In this document: one piece after another, positions 38,950 through 52,695 of the stretch | Layout: each line of letters opens with the position of its first letter | Numbering within the stretch: the first letter of the stretch is position 1 | Assembly (NCBI GenBank): GCA_036172245.1 | Contig: JAYWIR010000038.1 | Span: forward strand, 1,922,001-1,986,000 | Source of the DNA: Raillietiella orientalis | Lineage: Eukaryota | DNA: 64,000 bases | Direction of reading: 5' to 3' | Position numbers and translations under genes: made by a program | Notes under the pieces: model-generated | What the model was told of the DNA's origin: nothing | Databases searched by the model: none | The model's input: only the letters and a program-made list of their open reading frames with translations

Positions 38950-41130
38950 TTCGCCTCGTCCCTGAAGCGAAGCGAATAGGACGGCAGAGACCGCTGCTTT
39001 TCGACTGCTCAGCCAGGAAGAAACGCCTGCGGAGGTTCCTCAGGTTGCTTCGCCGAACACGAAGTCATCCGACCCCTCTGCCCACTTGCTCTTTTCTGTG
39101 GCAGGGTCCTCCTCTGCATTCCTCACCCACGACTCAAGCAGCAGGATGCAGGCAGTGTGACCCGGGAGTGACCTCCCGCTCGCCCCGTCGCTGCTTCGTC
39201 TCCTCCCTTTTTTGTGCACTCCACATGTTCATTAGGCAAGGCTCTCAGAATAGGACATTCCTTCAGTAGCGGAGACCAGGAGGAAAGGGCGCTTCGCACC
39301 CGGACAGCGCGGATATCCCTAACCCATTACGGAACAAGCCAGAGGGTTACGCGTACTTGGGAATGGGGAGGCTTGCTCCCGCGGCAACTCAGACCTCCTG
39401 GGATGCTCATCCCTTTTTCCACAGACAGCTCTGAGGGTCCGAATCTCAGTTTGAGAGGAAGTTATCTCCCCGTGGAGACCAGAAGTTTCTGGAGGCCTCT
39501 CTGTGCATTATCGCGCGGTCTCCTCAGATGCGTCCGAAAAGCAACTTCGGAAGACTGTTCAGCATCCACGATTTCCGAGGTCTCCTCTCAGGGAACAGAG
39601 ATGGAGTTGTTTCTTTTTTGTCCCAATCCCACTCCCATCTCCTGAAGTTGCCGAGTTACCCGCTTTCCGAGACCACAGTTGCTTCGCCAGTACCGCCAGA
39701 AACTCGAGTAACTCTCGACGAAACTTCTGAGAGACAGAATAAACTGGCTGCCACCCTTCCAAGCAGGAGAAAGCAAAAGTCTCAAATCAATCCTTCTATC
39801 TTCCTTCTGCTTCCGTCCTCCCACCTTCTCTTCCTTCTCTCTTTTTCCTCTTTTCTTCCTTCCTCCTCTCTTTCTCTCCCTCTTTTCCTACTCTTCCTCC
39901 GTTACTGAACTCCTTCTTCTGCTCTACAACCATCACCATCACACTTACGATCGAGAAGGAGGAGGAGGAGATCTAACACAGGGTCAGATAACGGCTCCTT
40001 TCCTTCGGTGGAATCTTGTTTCGTACCCTCGATCCGCGCGCAAGAAGGAGAAGGAAGCGAGCGAAACAGCAACAGCTCCGCCGGCACATCGTACTCATCC
40101 CGGAGATTGACCACTATTCATCGAAGAGCTCACTTCTCATCTCGGAATCCGCGTTCGGGGCTTCAGCGGCGACACCATGATAACGCAAGAACATGCGAGC
40201 TTCCCTGTTGTGCTTGGGGTGTTGGATCCCTCATGGAAGCTTTTCCTGTCAAGAGATCGGACTACGCCGGGGTCCTCCTCCTCCTTGCTCAAGTTGGTTG
40301 GGCTATGAGCAGCTCTTCCATGAATCAGGGGACGTCACCATTCTGAAGGGTGCTGCTGGAACGATCCCTGCGCCGCTCCTCGTTTTACCGCGTAGGGTCG
40401 AGGCGAAGCTCTGGCACCCAGCACCCGTATCTCAAGTCGATGGCGAGGATCCAGAAGGAGGCGTGACTAAGTCACTCCTCCATCTAGAAAAACGACCTTT
40501 TTCTTCTGCCTCCCCGGAAGCTGTTGCTGAAGTGAGCTGTTCAGCATCCAACCAGAAGAGCTAGAGGTAACCCCGGTGATCGTGAAAAATCCGTTCCTCC
40601 CCCTCAGGTGGCGGCAGTTTTTGACTTTGCTCCGGGAGCTTCCGCGCAACGCGTTTCGCCACCACCGGACGGGGGGGAGTGTCGGTGCCGGCTGCTCCAT
40701 GTGCGGTGAGGAAGAGACCTTCTTCTGTCTGCTCGTGACGTGTGTCGCTCTTCAGGCATCATAGGAACGTTTCTTTGCGTCCCTCCTTTTCCCAGTGGAC
40801 CACCCTCTAAACATCTTGAGGGATCTCTCTGTGCGAAGTGCTTGGTCGCCAGCTGCCTCCGTCACAGCGCAGCGCTGTCCACGCAGAGCCTTTGTCTCCA
40901 GGAGCGACGTCGAAAGTGGATGTCACAACAAGGGAGCCACTTCCTTCTTCGCCACCCGGTTCCTCCGGATCGCGGCGAGGTGGAACCACAAGCGCAGTCG
41001 CCAAGAGGAGCTCGATGTCATCCTGCAAAGGGTGCAGAAGACCACAGATCGCAAGCGATGTGATCCCTCTCCTCCCCTCCCCCCCATTTAACCAGATTGT
41101 TTTTTGTTCTTTCTTTTTTCTTAGCCCCGT
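38950..41130 (+). mobile_element. Decayed Tx1/L1-like LINE, RT to zf-RVT portion
   Basis: LFDCS..., WQGPPLHS (~RQGCPLS); WRQFLTLLRELPRN...CSMCGEEETFFCLLVTC (zf-RVT pattern CxxC...ET..HL...C) at 40610-40750. Confidence 0.6.
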
Positions 41131-41899
41131 CTCCCACCTCAATTCTGGACCTCGTCGTCGCTTCCCTAAGGATCGTCGGACTTGGTGGGACGCAAAGTCC
41201 CACCGACTCCTGCTTGTTTGTTTGTTTTTTGGAAAAAAAAGATGATCCGGGACAACCGGGTAGAAGCTTTCCTACCCTTCCCGGCAGAAAGGCCACCAGC
41301 TCACGAGAGGCGAGCTCTCGCTCTTCCTTTCGGGCCAGAGCAGAGAGGAAGGGAAAGGGGCAGGTATGCGACCGAGGGGAGGAAGGAGTGCCATCGTGAA
41401 GGACGTCGACGCGCGTCCTTCACGCTCAAGGACCGCAGGTAGACCCGCGGGTCGGGAAGTTCCCTCTCGAGACGCGGGAACGACGGGACTTGGGAACTGC
41501 CGCCACTTTCCCTGGTGCTTCGACTTCACAGCGGAGGGGGACGGAGGTCCGCGGCGACCTTAGTTCGCCCCCGCGCGCGAACACGAAGGTGGAAAAGACA
41601 AGTGAGAGGAGAGGGAGGAAGAGAGCAGCCAGCAGGAGTCCCTCTTCGCGCGAATGCAACGAGAGGAGGAGGGAAACATCCTCCCCTTTGCCTCCCCCCC
41701 CCAGGTTATCCCAGTTGCTCCCCCCTCTTCGGCTCCCGCCGTCCCCTCGCCGCCTCCACCGCCGCTCGGGGACGCGGCCGGGGCTTCCGGGGTGACAGCG
41801 GCTCGCGCAACTGTGCTCCAGGAAAAGGTCGAGGGATTGAACGCATCAGCATTCCGACGCGCTCACTTTCGTTCCCTCCTGTTTCCATGGAAACGGATC

Positions 41900-43050
41900 C
41901 CGGGAAAGCCCTGCTGCGAGGGGAGGAAGGGAGGACGTCCTTCACCCGCAAGGTCTTCCATCCAGTCCTCTCCTTCTTCCCGTCCCTCCCCTGTTCTCTC
42001 ACCGAGGAAGCAGCTGGATTGATCATATGAGTCTGGGATGGCACTGGGAACATCTGCGCCTGATTAGAAGCTAAGCGCCACGTCCCCTCCAACCTGGAAA
42101 CGCAGGTTCGCGAGCTCTTCTTCCCTCCGGATTCCAGGTCAGAAAGCAAGAAGAGGAGAGGAGAGGAAGGAGGAAATTCCAAGGTTCCCGCGGGGAGGCT
42201 GAGGCATGCTCGTCAGCTCCAGGGCTTCAAGGTCACGTCCGCGCGGCGGCTGCACTTCGGATGATTCCATGGACCCGTTGGCAGCTCAGTTCTACTCGCT
42301 AAGGGCACCCTATCAGGGAAGAGAAGGGAGGAAGGAGGAAAGGGACCGACCGGAGCATGCCTGGCTCTCGAGGCGCTCTCCAGATTCTTCCGCGGCCGGC
42401 ACTCTTGCTGCTGGGCCAAGAATCCCAATCCGAGCACTGGATTCGGCAGCCGTGCCTGCTGGAAAGAAGGGCCTTCCCTGCCGACAAGTTTCTGCAGGAA
42501 TGCTGCCCCGAAGTTGCCAAGAGAAACGGGATCTGGAGAGGGCAAGCATCCCGACGACCGGCATTGGGCCGGAAATGGGCGTGGATCGGAAGATTAAAGA
42601 GAGGCCGCGATCATCATCTCCAACCATGGTGAGGGTGGTCTCAGCGTGCCGGTCAAACCCTGCGACGCGGTGATGCCGCGTTCGGGGGACGTCCACAAAG
42701 GATCTACAGAACGTGGTGGCCCGTTGAGGCTCACGGAACAGGAGAGAAGCTTTGAAGGACCTCCTTTTGGGTGATCCAGGAAGGGGAAGGGCTGCCTTTG
42801 ACTATCTCCTGCTCCTCCTCCCGTTCGGCGCTGCGTCAGAAAGGCCGAAGAACCCCAAAAGGAGGCGTGATACGCCCTCGGGCCGACCCCGGGTCGGTGG
42901 ACTCGGGCTGGAAGAACTCCTGCCCCACCCTCGACTGGAGGGACTCAGTCATCTGCTACGCCCACGATGAGAGGAGACCTTCGTTTAGGAGCCCTCCTGT
43001 CCCCAGCTGCTGCTGATTCCCCGCCGGCGCCAAGATCCGCAATGACTGTC
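41900..43050 (+). mobile_element. LINE reverse-transcriptase fragment
   Basis: KEERDRPEHAWLSRR (~KKGD...NWRPI) and DPGRGRAAFDYLL (~DQEKAFD) remnants. Confidence 0.35.
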
Positions 43051-43814
43051 GTCTTGCACTGCCGACCCCAGAGGGGCTCAGCTGTCGCGTTGCGATGTTC
43101 GGCCGACCCCAGAGAGGTGCATGTCGACTATGCGGCGGTGAGCACGGGAGGATGAGTGTAGGATTGCCTCTGCTTCACCACGGGAACTTTCCCGAGATGC
43201 CTCACATTTCTATTTCCAGGGCCGATCATCCGGGTCGCAGTCAACAGAGCAGGCCGGGTGGTCCCAAAGACCACTAGTGAGATGAGCATCTGCGAGAGGG
43301 GTCCTAGAAACCGTACCCTGATGAGGAGAGAAGCTCGCAAAAAATTTGGCTGAGGGGGGGTAGGGTGTGGTTCATGATGTAAGGATGGGGAGCTGGGGAG
43401 GAAATTCGAAACCTCGAGAGAAAGATAGACGAAATGAGAGATAACCAGTGACACAAACCGCCGATGGATTCCACTCATCGCACCATGCAGGGACGCACCT
43501 CTGGGAAACGCTGGAGCCCATGGGAGAGAAGTGATCAGCAAGCGTGAAACGCGGCATAGATTGAACAAGATGACCACTAGCAGAGATATTGTGGTGCCTG
43601 TTACGTCGTCGCTTACGGCTGATAAAAGCTATCAGGGAGAACTGACTGTAGGACCCATCGTTTCCAGTGCCTCTTTATGTGCTTTGGACCGCGCAGAAGA
43701 CACGCTGGCTTTTCCAGCTACCAAAGGAACTTTCCGATACGTCCTTCCAGCGATCGCTTTCAACTACGTCATATTTCACAGGACCAACGATTCTCAGTCC
43801 TTACAAACCTGAGT

Positions 43815-44527
43815 AGCCTGGACTTGCGTTTCGTTGGTCTCACGCCCTTGATAAGAAAAGACGCACGGAACAAACGAAAAGGGCATAATTTCCTCCACCA
43901 TCTTGGAAACCTGGCTGTTGCTCTTCAGCTCGTCCTCGTAAGAAAGACGAAGCTCTTGAGGGGAGTCCAGTACTACCTACCGATGGTCCCTGTTCGATGC
44001 TTTCAATGCGCGTTCTGCGAATATGCCATGTTCGAGCACACCATCCGCTTCCGACGCAAATTAATGTGCTCGAGCATCGAAATCTTCTGTTCGTCCCTCA
44101 CCGGGTCCCAGGCACGCTGCGAGCACTCCTTTCGAGCCGATGCTGCGGCTCTCCTGCTTTCGCCTCAGCACCCCTTGCAGCGCCGTCGATGGATGCCCGT
44201 AAGCGTCGTCCAGCAGGTTTCGGCTCCCCTTCGCCCTGGAGCAGCGTATCCAGCTTCGAGCCCATTCCCGGAACAGCGTGATTGAAGACCTCCAGCTCCC
44301 GATGTTCCGGGGTAGCCCTTCGGTGCCTGGGCTACCAGTTTGCCTTGTTGACCATGGCTTTGTTCCTCCATGGGATTCCTCTTCCTCTCGAAGCGTCTCC
44401 GACGCATCTGTAAGAAGCGCCGTCCCTAATGGGTGGTGCCCTCACGGGCGGGCGAAGGATGAGTCGCTTCGCACTTACAAACCTCTTCGGACCGAAGTGT
44501 TCTTTGTCGAACAGAAAATTCCCTGAG
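43815..44527. repeat. Dispersed element, copy R2 (inside VPS13D copy D)
   Basis: Direct repeat of R1; both end at CCCTGAG. Confidence 0.92.
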
Positions 44528-47269
44528 GCACGATACTGCCCGATGCAGGATGCAGCTGATTGCTACCGATTTCAACTGAACAGGACGTCTCTGGACAGGG
44601 TCCGTCGACACTCAGGGAGGCCTCTTTCAAAGTCCGGAACCGGTGAAAGGAGACAATAAATCAATAAATAAAGGGAGGCTGGTTTCACTCGCTCCTTGGT
44701 CCTAGGACCAGCGCAGGCTTCCGGTGATCTCCGTTCTTATCCGCCGTCGAGGTGCTGCTGATGTCGCTGCTGGGTCTGATACGCTCTCCGTCGACCTCGC
44801 CAATCATGAAGTTCCTCAAATCTTGATGCGCTGGCGTTGTCGTTTTCCCACCAGCGATTGTAGAGATCTGAGGGATTCCTATTGCACGCCCGGGTCAGGG
44901 AAACTTCAGAGTTTGGAGCAGCTGTCCTTACAGCAGACTTGCCGGACCCATCTGGTAGATCAGGTGAATCGAGGTGTCCCTTTGATCTGCATGCATGAGA
45001 GCGCCAATTCGCCAGCATCAAGTGACAGAAACGGATAATTTCAACGATTCCAAGAATTTGAGGAGCGTGGGAGCATTGGAGGCGATGGAGGAAGGAGTAA
45101 AATCATGATGGCCTGCCCTGTTACAGTGGGGAGTCGTGTGACATGAGAACAAATACGTCCGTTGCATGCGACGTGCATCCGCTGGAAAGCAAAGATGCCG
45201 AGGATGGCAGACGTGCCGTACACGCTTCTGCACGCGAAGGGGACGTGAGAGTGATTTTTCGAAGCCCCCCCTCCCAAATTGCCCGCGCATGAACAGCTCG
45301 GCAAGCTGCTTGCCCGAACGATTTAGGAAAGTTCCGTACACCTCAACGCGTACAGTACAGTCGATGTAGAAACGATTCTGACACCAGGCGGCCACAGCAC
45401 GATGGCGCGTCAGGTACGGAGGAAAAGCTGAAGTAGTCGTAAGCATCAGCCGTATTCTGAAGAAACGCAGCTTCCCATTTCCGCGATTCGGATCGAAATC
45501 CAAGAGAACACCGTTGCTAAACGAGATGAGAACAGCACTCTGCAAAGGAAACGTGGCCTCTTTCACTGAGCAAAGGATCCGGGCTTGGAGATGGGTGATT
45601 CACTTCAGCCTCGCACAAATCTGATTGCAATTTTTCTCGTGAGAGAACTTGATGGAATGGAATCGGGATCGTTCCTAACCAGTTCCGTGTTTCAGATTAC
45701 TTTTTTTGGCTCCTGAAGGAGGAAACCTGCGATCGTCTTCTTCACTTCAGTTGACGCGTGGAGAAATCTTCTGTGATCTGTTTAGTTTCGCAGAAGCCGT
45801 GGTACACTTCATTTGATATTTGCAGGAAGTCAGACATCACCTGAGATCCGGGTTTGCTTGCAGCAAACCCACATGAACATAACCAGCCAATCCTGTGACG
45901 AAAACATATGTGCAAAGGGTGAGGCAATCTTCTTTGCACCTACTCCATCGAACCGAGATGGAAGCCAGAATCCATTCTGATAACCCTCACTGTTCCACCC
46001 ATGCCTCCAGTTAAAATGTGGGGAATGGTCTCTCCTGAACAACGCGGCTGCATATTCTTGTCTTTGCCGTTCCCGGCTTCACGCCCTAAGTATCTTATGA
46101 GAATACTCAACGCTAGAAAATCACGACATGGATAGATTGCCAGAGCACCATCCGAAAGAGCAGCGCTTCCTAGAGAATTTGATTTTTCTGCTTCCATAAT
46201 TTTCTTGCTTCACACATTCATTGAAGTGCATAATACTGGTCATTCATTTTGCCCATGCACACAGACGTCATTTTGCTTTTGCCGGCCAGGAATAAAGGCA
46301 ATACTCAGACTGATATAAGGGGACTCCAATGGGCAGTGATCGAACCAGACGTTTACATGACTCTCTCTTAATTGACGGATCAACAGACAATAACCGCTCG
46401 TGGAAACGCCTTAAATATCAGCAAACGAACTCTGGGGCTCGCAATAATCTGCATGACATCGGTTCGAAAGTGGGATAACAGATGTTTTCTGAGGTTCCAC
46501 TTTTTTGTTTGCTTGTCGGTTTGTTTCGTAACCACAAGATAATTGGCACCACGCAGAGGTGAATATGGATTCTACCAACATATGAATTTTTATGGGACAA
46601 ATTGTTTACCCCATAGATGGGCTGTATCCAGGTAAAAGGGTACAAGCAATGTTATTGCACAGAATGTTTACCTCAGTTGATAGAGACCAATTGGAAGTCT
46701 AGAATCAGAAATCAATAACAAGAGGATGCTGATTGCTAAAATCAGTATTTGACACCTCCTCTAGGACCCAAACCGACACTATGAGTAACAGTTGCATTCT
46801 CAAGAGCAGCCCACGAATCGCATTTCCCCGTTGACACCTATCATAACTTTTCCCTCGAGTCTCCGAAAAAAGATCCTCTATAGCTTGACTTGTGAATACA
46901 GAAAGTTTTGAGCAGGGTATTATTCTTTTTGACACCGGAGTCTCCAGGACCTGGGAAGAATGTCCTGTTTGAGCAGTAATTCCTCCGGCTTCTCTGGATC
47001 GCAGCTATCCCAAACCTCACGAGCTGAGTTAGTTCGGAAATGAGGGATGTTTTTCATTCGAAAGATGAAATCTTAGGATTTACGCAGTGACTGACCGCAC
47101 GGAGGATCAGACAATAGCATCAGCTTTCCATAAATCTCAATTATGCAATGAATGTTGTTACAGTCAGGGTCTTATTTAGATAGTGAGATCGTGCAGGAGT
47201 CACTGGAGCCTGGAGTGTGATGCATGCAGTACCTGTGATTGCAAGAAAGAACTAAGTTTGCAATCCTCT

Positions 47270-48060
47270 ATTCTTCAAGATAGGGGGCATCCCGGAAGGG
47301 GGTCGCAGTCCTATGAATGCAGACAGGCTCGGAGTCCGTTCCTCTCACGTTTGGGGAGGGGGGGATCGCACCTCCCATCCTGGTTGTCTCCGAAGGGGAA
47401 CCCAGAAGGGAATCTCCTTCCTCCTTCTCTCCGAAGGGACCCCCCGAAAAGGGGGTGATCCTCTCCATTTCATCTTCTCCCAAGGGAACCCGGAAAGGAT
47501 CCGCTAGCAGGAATTTCTTCTCCGGAGGGAACCCGCAAGGGAACCGCTCCTGTTTACCCCTCTGAAGAGAACCCCGAAGGGACGCTTCCGAAACTCAGAA
47601 GGGGCGCTGCAGCTACCCGCAGGGAATCGCTCTCGCTTGCTTCCTTGCACTCTTCTGGAGAGCCGACGACTCGGAGGGTCCCCCTGCAACAGGGGGGTCC
47701 GCTCCTTTGAACAACTGGAGAGGTTCCTTTGAGGGCTCCTGCTCCATCTTGAAACCGGAGGGATCCCCCCGGTGAGGGGGGTCCGCTCTCCGTTGCACGA
47801 CCGGAGGGGGAACTCCCCACTCCTTGATTCCTGGGAAGACCCGAAGGTCAATTTCCCATTGTTCCGGCCTTCATTGGGGCCCTCCGGCTTAATCCACCGC
47901 CGGTGCCACTCCCGAATGATTAGCCAGCCAGCGCCATCTTGCAGGAGAAACTCGGAACCCAACGACGCAGTGGCGTCAGAGTTTCTGACGGAGTGTTCGA
48001 AACCGCGACGCATGAGCCACGCGCGGAGGAAGCCTTAACCACAAAGCCTCCGACGCGGGC
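47270..48060 (-). mobile_element. SINE copy 9, inserted in VPS13D copy D
   Basis: Aligns almost base for base with positions 41-825. Confidence 0.85.
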
Positions 48061-51000
48061 AACGTCATGGCAATGTTTCAGATGGTGAACTTGGGGAAGA
48101 TGTCACTTCACATCGCGAGCGTCCTGATGTGCAAGGGAAAACCAGAGAACACATCGACCCCAACTTAGCTTGATTTAGCTAACTTGAAGATGGAACCTTA
48201 GAAAAAAGAACAGCAACACTTTGTAGACGGTTAAAATGGAGTGAAGGGACCCTCTTGCAAAGGTAATTTGATGACTTGGTGGAAGCTGACAGGCAAAACA
48301 CTAACACGGTAAGCAATGTTTTCCCAAACAAAGGTCATGCGCAGTCGCAACACTTTTACTTGGGACGATTATTCGATTCGAATGCAAATAAATTTTTCTG
48401 CTAAATTCAGTACAGGAGCATATCTGGAAACTGCATGCTGAGTGATCTTGTTCGTTTGGGATTTCTTGGGCATGTTCCAGCTCATCTGCATCCTTGAAAC
48501 AGCATCCTGGACGGTTTTCTATGATTTCTGTATTTTTTTGTTCGTTTGCTTCAACCAAAGTCCGAGTTCTGTCGGTAAGATGAATTTTTGCACTTCTTAC
48601 GTCGCCTTCGTTCCAGTCTTGGGATTCATTGATGGATTGTTCGAGAGTTTGTTCTTAAAAGACATGGACTTTTTCGTTATCCTTCGTTTTACGAAAAGAA
48701 AATATTGGTATCGGTATCAGCTTGAACATTCCTCTTATGATAGGTAACGAATTGCTCTCGCACAGATTGCACAGTGGTTGCCATGTTTACCACTTATACA
48801 GATGATGAAGAGTCTATAGGTATTCATACTTTTCGGGCTTTCCATGGACTGGGAGAGCACAAGACGGAAACATTTGGCGAAACAGTCATTCATGGCTTTA
48901 AGAAAGAGTCATCCATGTTCCTTCTGCCTCCTTTCAAGTCTATAGAAAAGTTAAACTGAATAATGCAGGAATTCGTTTTATTCTAAACCGAAAGTGGTCC
49001 TATCGCTTTCGGGAAGGATAGGTATGTTGATGTCCTCACATTGCTTCCCAATTTTGTTGCAAAATTTAGATTTGCTTTGTGGAGTTGATGGAGTTTCATG
49101 GAGTACGTGGTGTTTCGGGCCACGAGGTGTTTCGTGCACGCAGAGCACCACGCGCTTTGCTTGAATCGCGCTGCTCACGAAAATGTGCGAGAGCTCGAGA
49201 CTACGAGCAGCTACTTGTCAGTAAAGGAAACGAAATTCCGGTTGAAAAGTTGGAAGTTTCATCATTGGATATTTTGATACACTCTTATGAGTTACTTTGT
49301 TTCACGGATCAATAAGGAAGTCCCATTAGTCTGCCATGGGTAGCCAATTATCAAACAAGGGAGCGCCATTTTCGTATGCATCACAATAGGAACTGAGATG
49401 GCACATATCGTAATGGATAATGTATCAAGGGAAAAACATAAACCGAAACTCCATTATCATCCTGTTCTTATTTCACGGGTACGACGCGTCAGGCATGGAG
49501 AGAGAGAGAGAGAGAAAAAAAAAAACTGAACTGTATTAATGGAGCAACGTTTGACGTAGAAGAACCAACGGGAAGCACACAGGAAGAGAAGTAGAGTCTA
49601 AACGCGGTGTGTTCCATCAGAACAGACAAAAACTTTTTAGCTGGCATCAGCAAAAAGGGAGCAGCTAGAGGTAGTAGTTTATATCTTTTTTAAAAAAAGA
49701 AAAAAGATAATGCTCTGAGAGGGCGGTCTGTATCCAGAACCCGACAGTATCTTGAAAGCCGCAAGAATCACTGTAACAGAAACAAAAAGGCCACATTTGT
49801 TGTTATCCTGTTCGTTGGAACGAGGAAAAAAAAGCTTTTTGTTCAGCTTCTAGGCAGGGAGACAGCACGGCGATGATGGAAGATTGATGAAAGATTCCTC
49901 ATGCCGTCTTCCACTTTACGCATGTGTGTCCGGGGGTGCAGTGAACACCCGACGAAAATTCAACATGCAAGAAAGGTGCAAGGAAAAATGGCGGCGCACT
50001 TTGCAGTTTTCGCGAATTTAGAATGCTTTTCGACTGCACTTTTGAAATCTTCCATCTCCTGGAACGAAACTTTGCAATTTGGGACTTTAAAAATGGGGAT
50101 ATCTTTCAAAGTATCTTTATGCAGCAGAAAATTCATCTACCGCCAGATTCATGGAAATTGGGGCTTCCTTCTTCTCTCTCTTCTTCCAAACTTTCCAGGG
50201 TTCGGGAAAAGAGAGTGTTTTCACAACACGGCCGTAGAGACAAACGTGGATTGGCGTTGAAATTGTCTGCGATGACTGAAACCAAATCGGCGCAAGCTTG
50301 TTCTCGTAGGTAGCCTCCTGCCCTTCCCGTAATTCGCTCGGGAGACATCCACCGATATCTTCAGGCACCGAATGGGGGAGAACGGCCAGGAACACTCGGA
50401 TAGAATTTCTGCACGACGGCTGCATCTCTGTTCTATCCCGCATCCAAATGGACTGCTCCCAGAGCAGCTCGGGTCGAGGTGTTATCCCTCATGCTTCTTC
50501 ATCTGGCACGCGAAACCCGCGTTAGTGAGTTGCTCACATCAACGTTGCAGGGCAAGATGATGGGATCGATACTGAGTGCGCACACTCCAATGATGGCCGC
50601 GATTTCAGCATGTTCCTTGATACGGCATGAGTGGAATTCTACTTTGTCTTCCTTGACATCAGACGACTGTTTCGATCCTTCCGGAGGATCGAAACTGCGA
50701 GAGAGTTGTGTGGGATAGAATACTGTCCAGGGAATGTTTCCTGGAGATTGGAAGTCGAACGCTACAATCACTCTTTGTTCGAGCCTTTCCCAACAGAATA
50801 GGAGACCCACATTTCCAACTTGTTTGGCACTCTGTAAACGTAGGCGGAACACCTGTCTTCATCTCATTCTCGCTGATAATTTTTCTTGACGTACCTGCGC
50901 ATGGTCCAGATGAAGTTTCTTCCTCAGCTCTCAGACAGAGACACATTTATATTTTATATACATACATATCTTCACAAATTGTGCGTCTGGGAACTCCAGG

Positions 51001-52092
51001 TAACTCAAATTTGTTTGGATACTTGACTGGAGATAAGTTGATCCGATGCATACGAAACATTGCTCCCGTGACGACTTCAAATGCACTTTTTGTTATCGAT
51101 GAATTGAACTTGTCTGGTAGGTTGCTTTTCGCTAGACCCTTCGTACTGGGGAGCAAGCTGGAGAGTGGAAATCATGCTTGCTCGATAGCCACGGTTACTA
51201 CACGTTCCTCAACGGAAACGAACACCTATTTTATACTAGTGTCCTATCGTGCAACCTCGTTTCATTGGCAAAACATTCCCATACAAAGCAACAGATTCGT
51301 CCTAAATAACTGCACCAAGATTCTGGCACTTGGCAATTTTCATCCACGTTTCCATGGTAACAAGTGCTCCTGCGTTTTCCTAAGATACGGTAAGTCTTGC
51401 AGGGCAGCCTCACGAACATTTTTGCTGTACAGAAATATTTCACAGAACTCATTGAACATGGAAGCAAAAAAGAAATAGTTCTAGAAAGGGAAACCAGAAA
51501 GGTGAATAGTGCTAGAAGAGCTGCTGACCTCAGGGTCACATCATAGAAGATTTCAAATCAACTGCGGCGTACTCACTAGTGTAATCGATTTTTGATTGCT
51601 TGAATGAGTTTCCAGATTGAGTTGGAGTTTTGTTCTCATATGGGACGCAGTATCCATTTCTTCCTCGTCTAAATTTACGGGACATGATGAGGTTTTAAAC
51701 AGTAGATGTTATGTATGACAGATAGCATGGAGACAACTTGGCAAGCATCAACTTCTTCTCAACAGGACTAGCTGAAGATCCCAGAATGCCGTGTGAACCC
51801 GGATTTTAGTCCAATATGTCGTTCTTAGAACCAGAATAAGTTACGAAACAGAAGGTGATTTCTTTGCCAAACAGCATGATCTGAATTCAAGACGAGACAA
51901 TGTATACAAAGATTTATGGAGTTTGGAGTTCTTTACGGCCATGTAGTCTTTGCAATGGGATTATTTAGCTGACTAGATGGATGTTTCCCATCTGCTTGCT
52001 CTTCTAGCACCCTGAATCATATACCCAGCACTTTAGACAGCTTCGGTTCTAGGAGAAGCACCGATGCCTCGTCAGGAAAACCCGAAGCGAGA

Positions 52093-52695
52093 AGCCTGGA
52101 CTTGCATTTGTTGGCACTTCGTTGGTCACGCCCTTGTTAAGAAAAGACTCACGGAACAAACGAGAAGGGGATAAAGGGGATAATTTCCTCCGCCATCATG
52201 GAAGCCTAGCTGTTGCTCTTCAGCTCGTCCTCGTAAGGAAGACGAAGCTCTTGAGGGGAGTCCAGTACTACCTACCGATGGTCCCTGTTCGATGCTTTCA
52301 ATGCGCGTTCTGCGAATATGCCATGTTCGAGCACACCATCCGCTTCCGACGCAAATTAATGTGCTCGAGCATCGAAATCTTCTGTTCGTCCCTCACCGGG
52401 TCCCAGGCACGCTGCGGGCACTCCTTCCGAGCCGATGCTGCGGCTCTCCCGCTTTCGCCTCAGCACCCCTTGCAGCGCCGTCGATGGATGCCCGTAAGCG
52501 TCGTCCAGCAGGTTTCGGCTCCCCTTCGCCCTGGAGCAGCGTATCCAGCTTCGAGCCCATTCCCGGAACAGCGTGATTGAAGGCCTCCAACTCCCGGGAT
52601 AGCCCTCCTGTGCCAATACTACCAGTTTGCCTCGTGTTCCGTTGACCATGCTTTGTTCCGATCGAAACCTCCAACGCATCTGCAAGAAGCGCTGC
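52093..52695. repeat. Dispersed element, copy R3 (inside VPS13D copy D)
   Basis: Direct repeat of R1/R2; shares the left flank AGCCTGGACTTGC with R2. Confidence 0.9.

Noticed and set aside
47555..47600. Hammerhead-ribozyme-like CTGAAGAG...CGAAAC in the SINE body
   Set aside because: Stem II pairing is imperfect, no stem III or cleavage triplet was found, and GAAA is absent in other copies (~4620, ~20780).
50708..51478. 256-aa plus-strand ORF (also 58145..58726)
   Set aside because: Antisense shadow of minus-strand VPS13 remnants.
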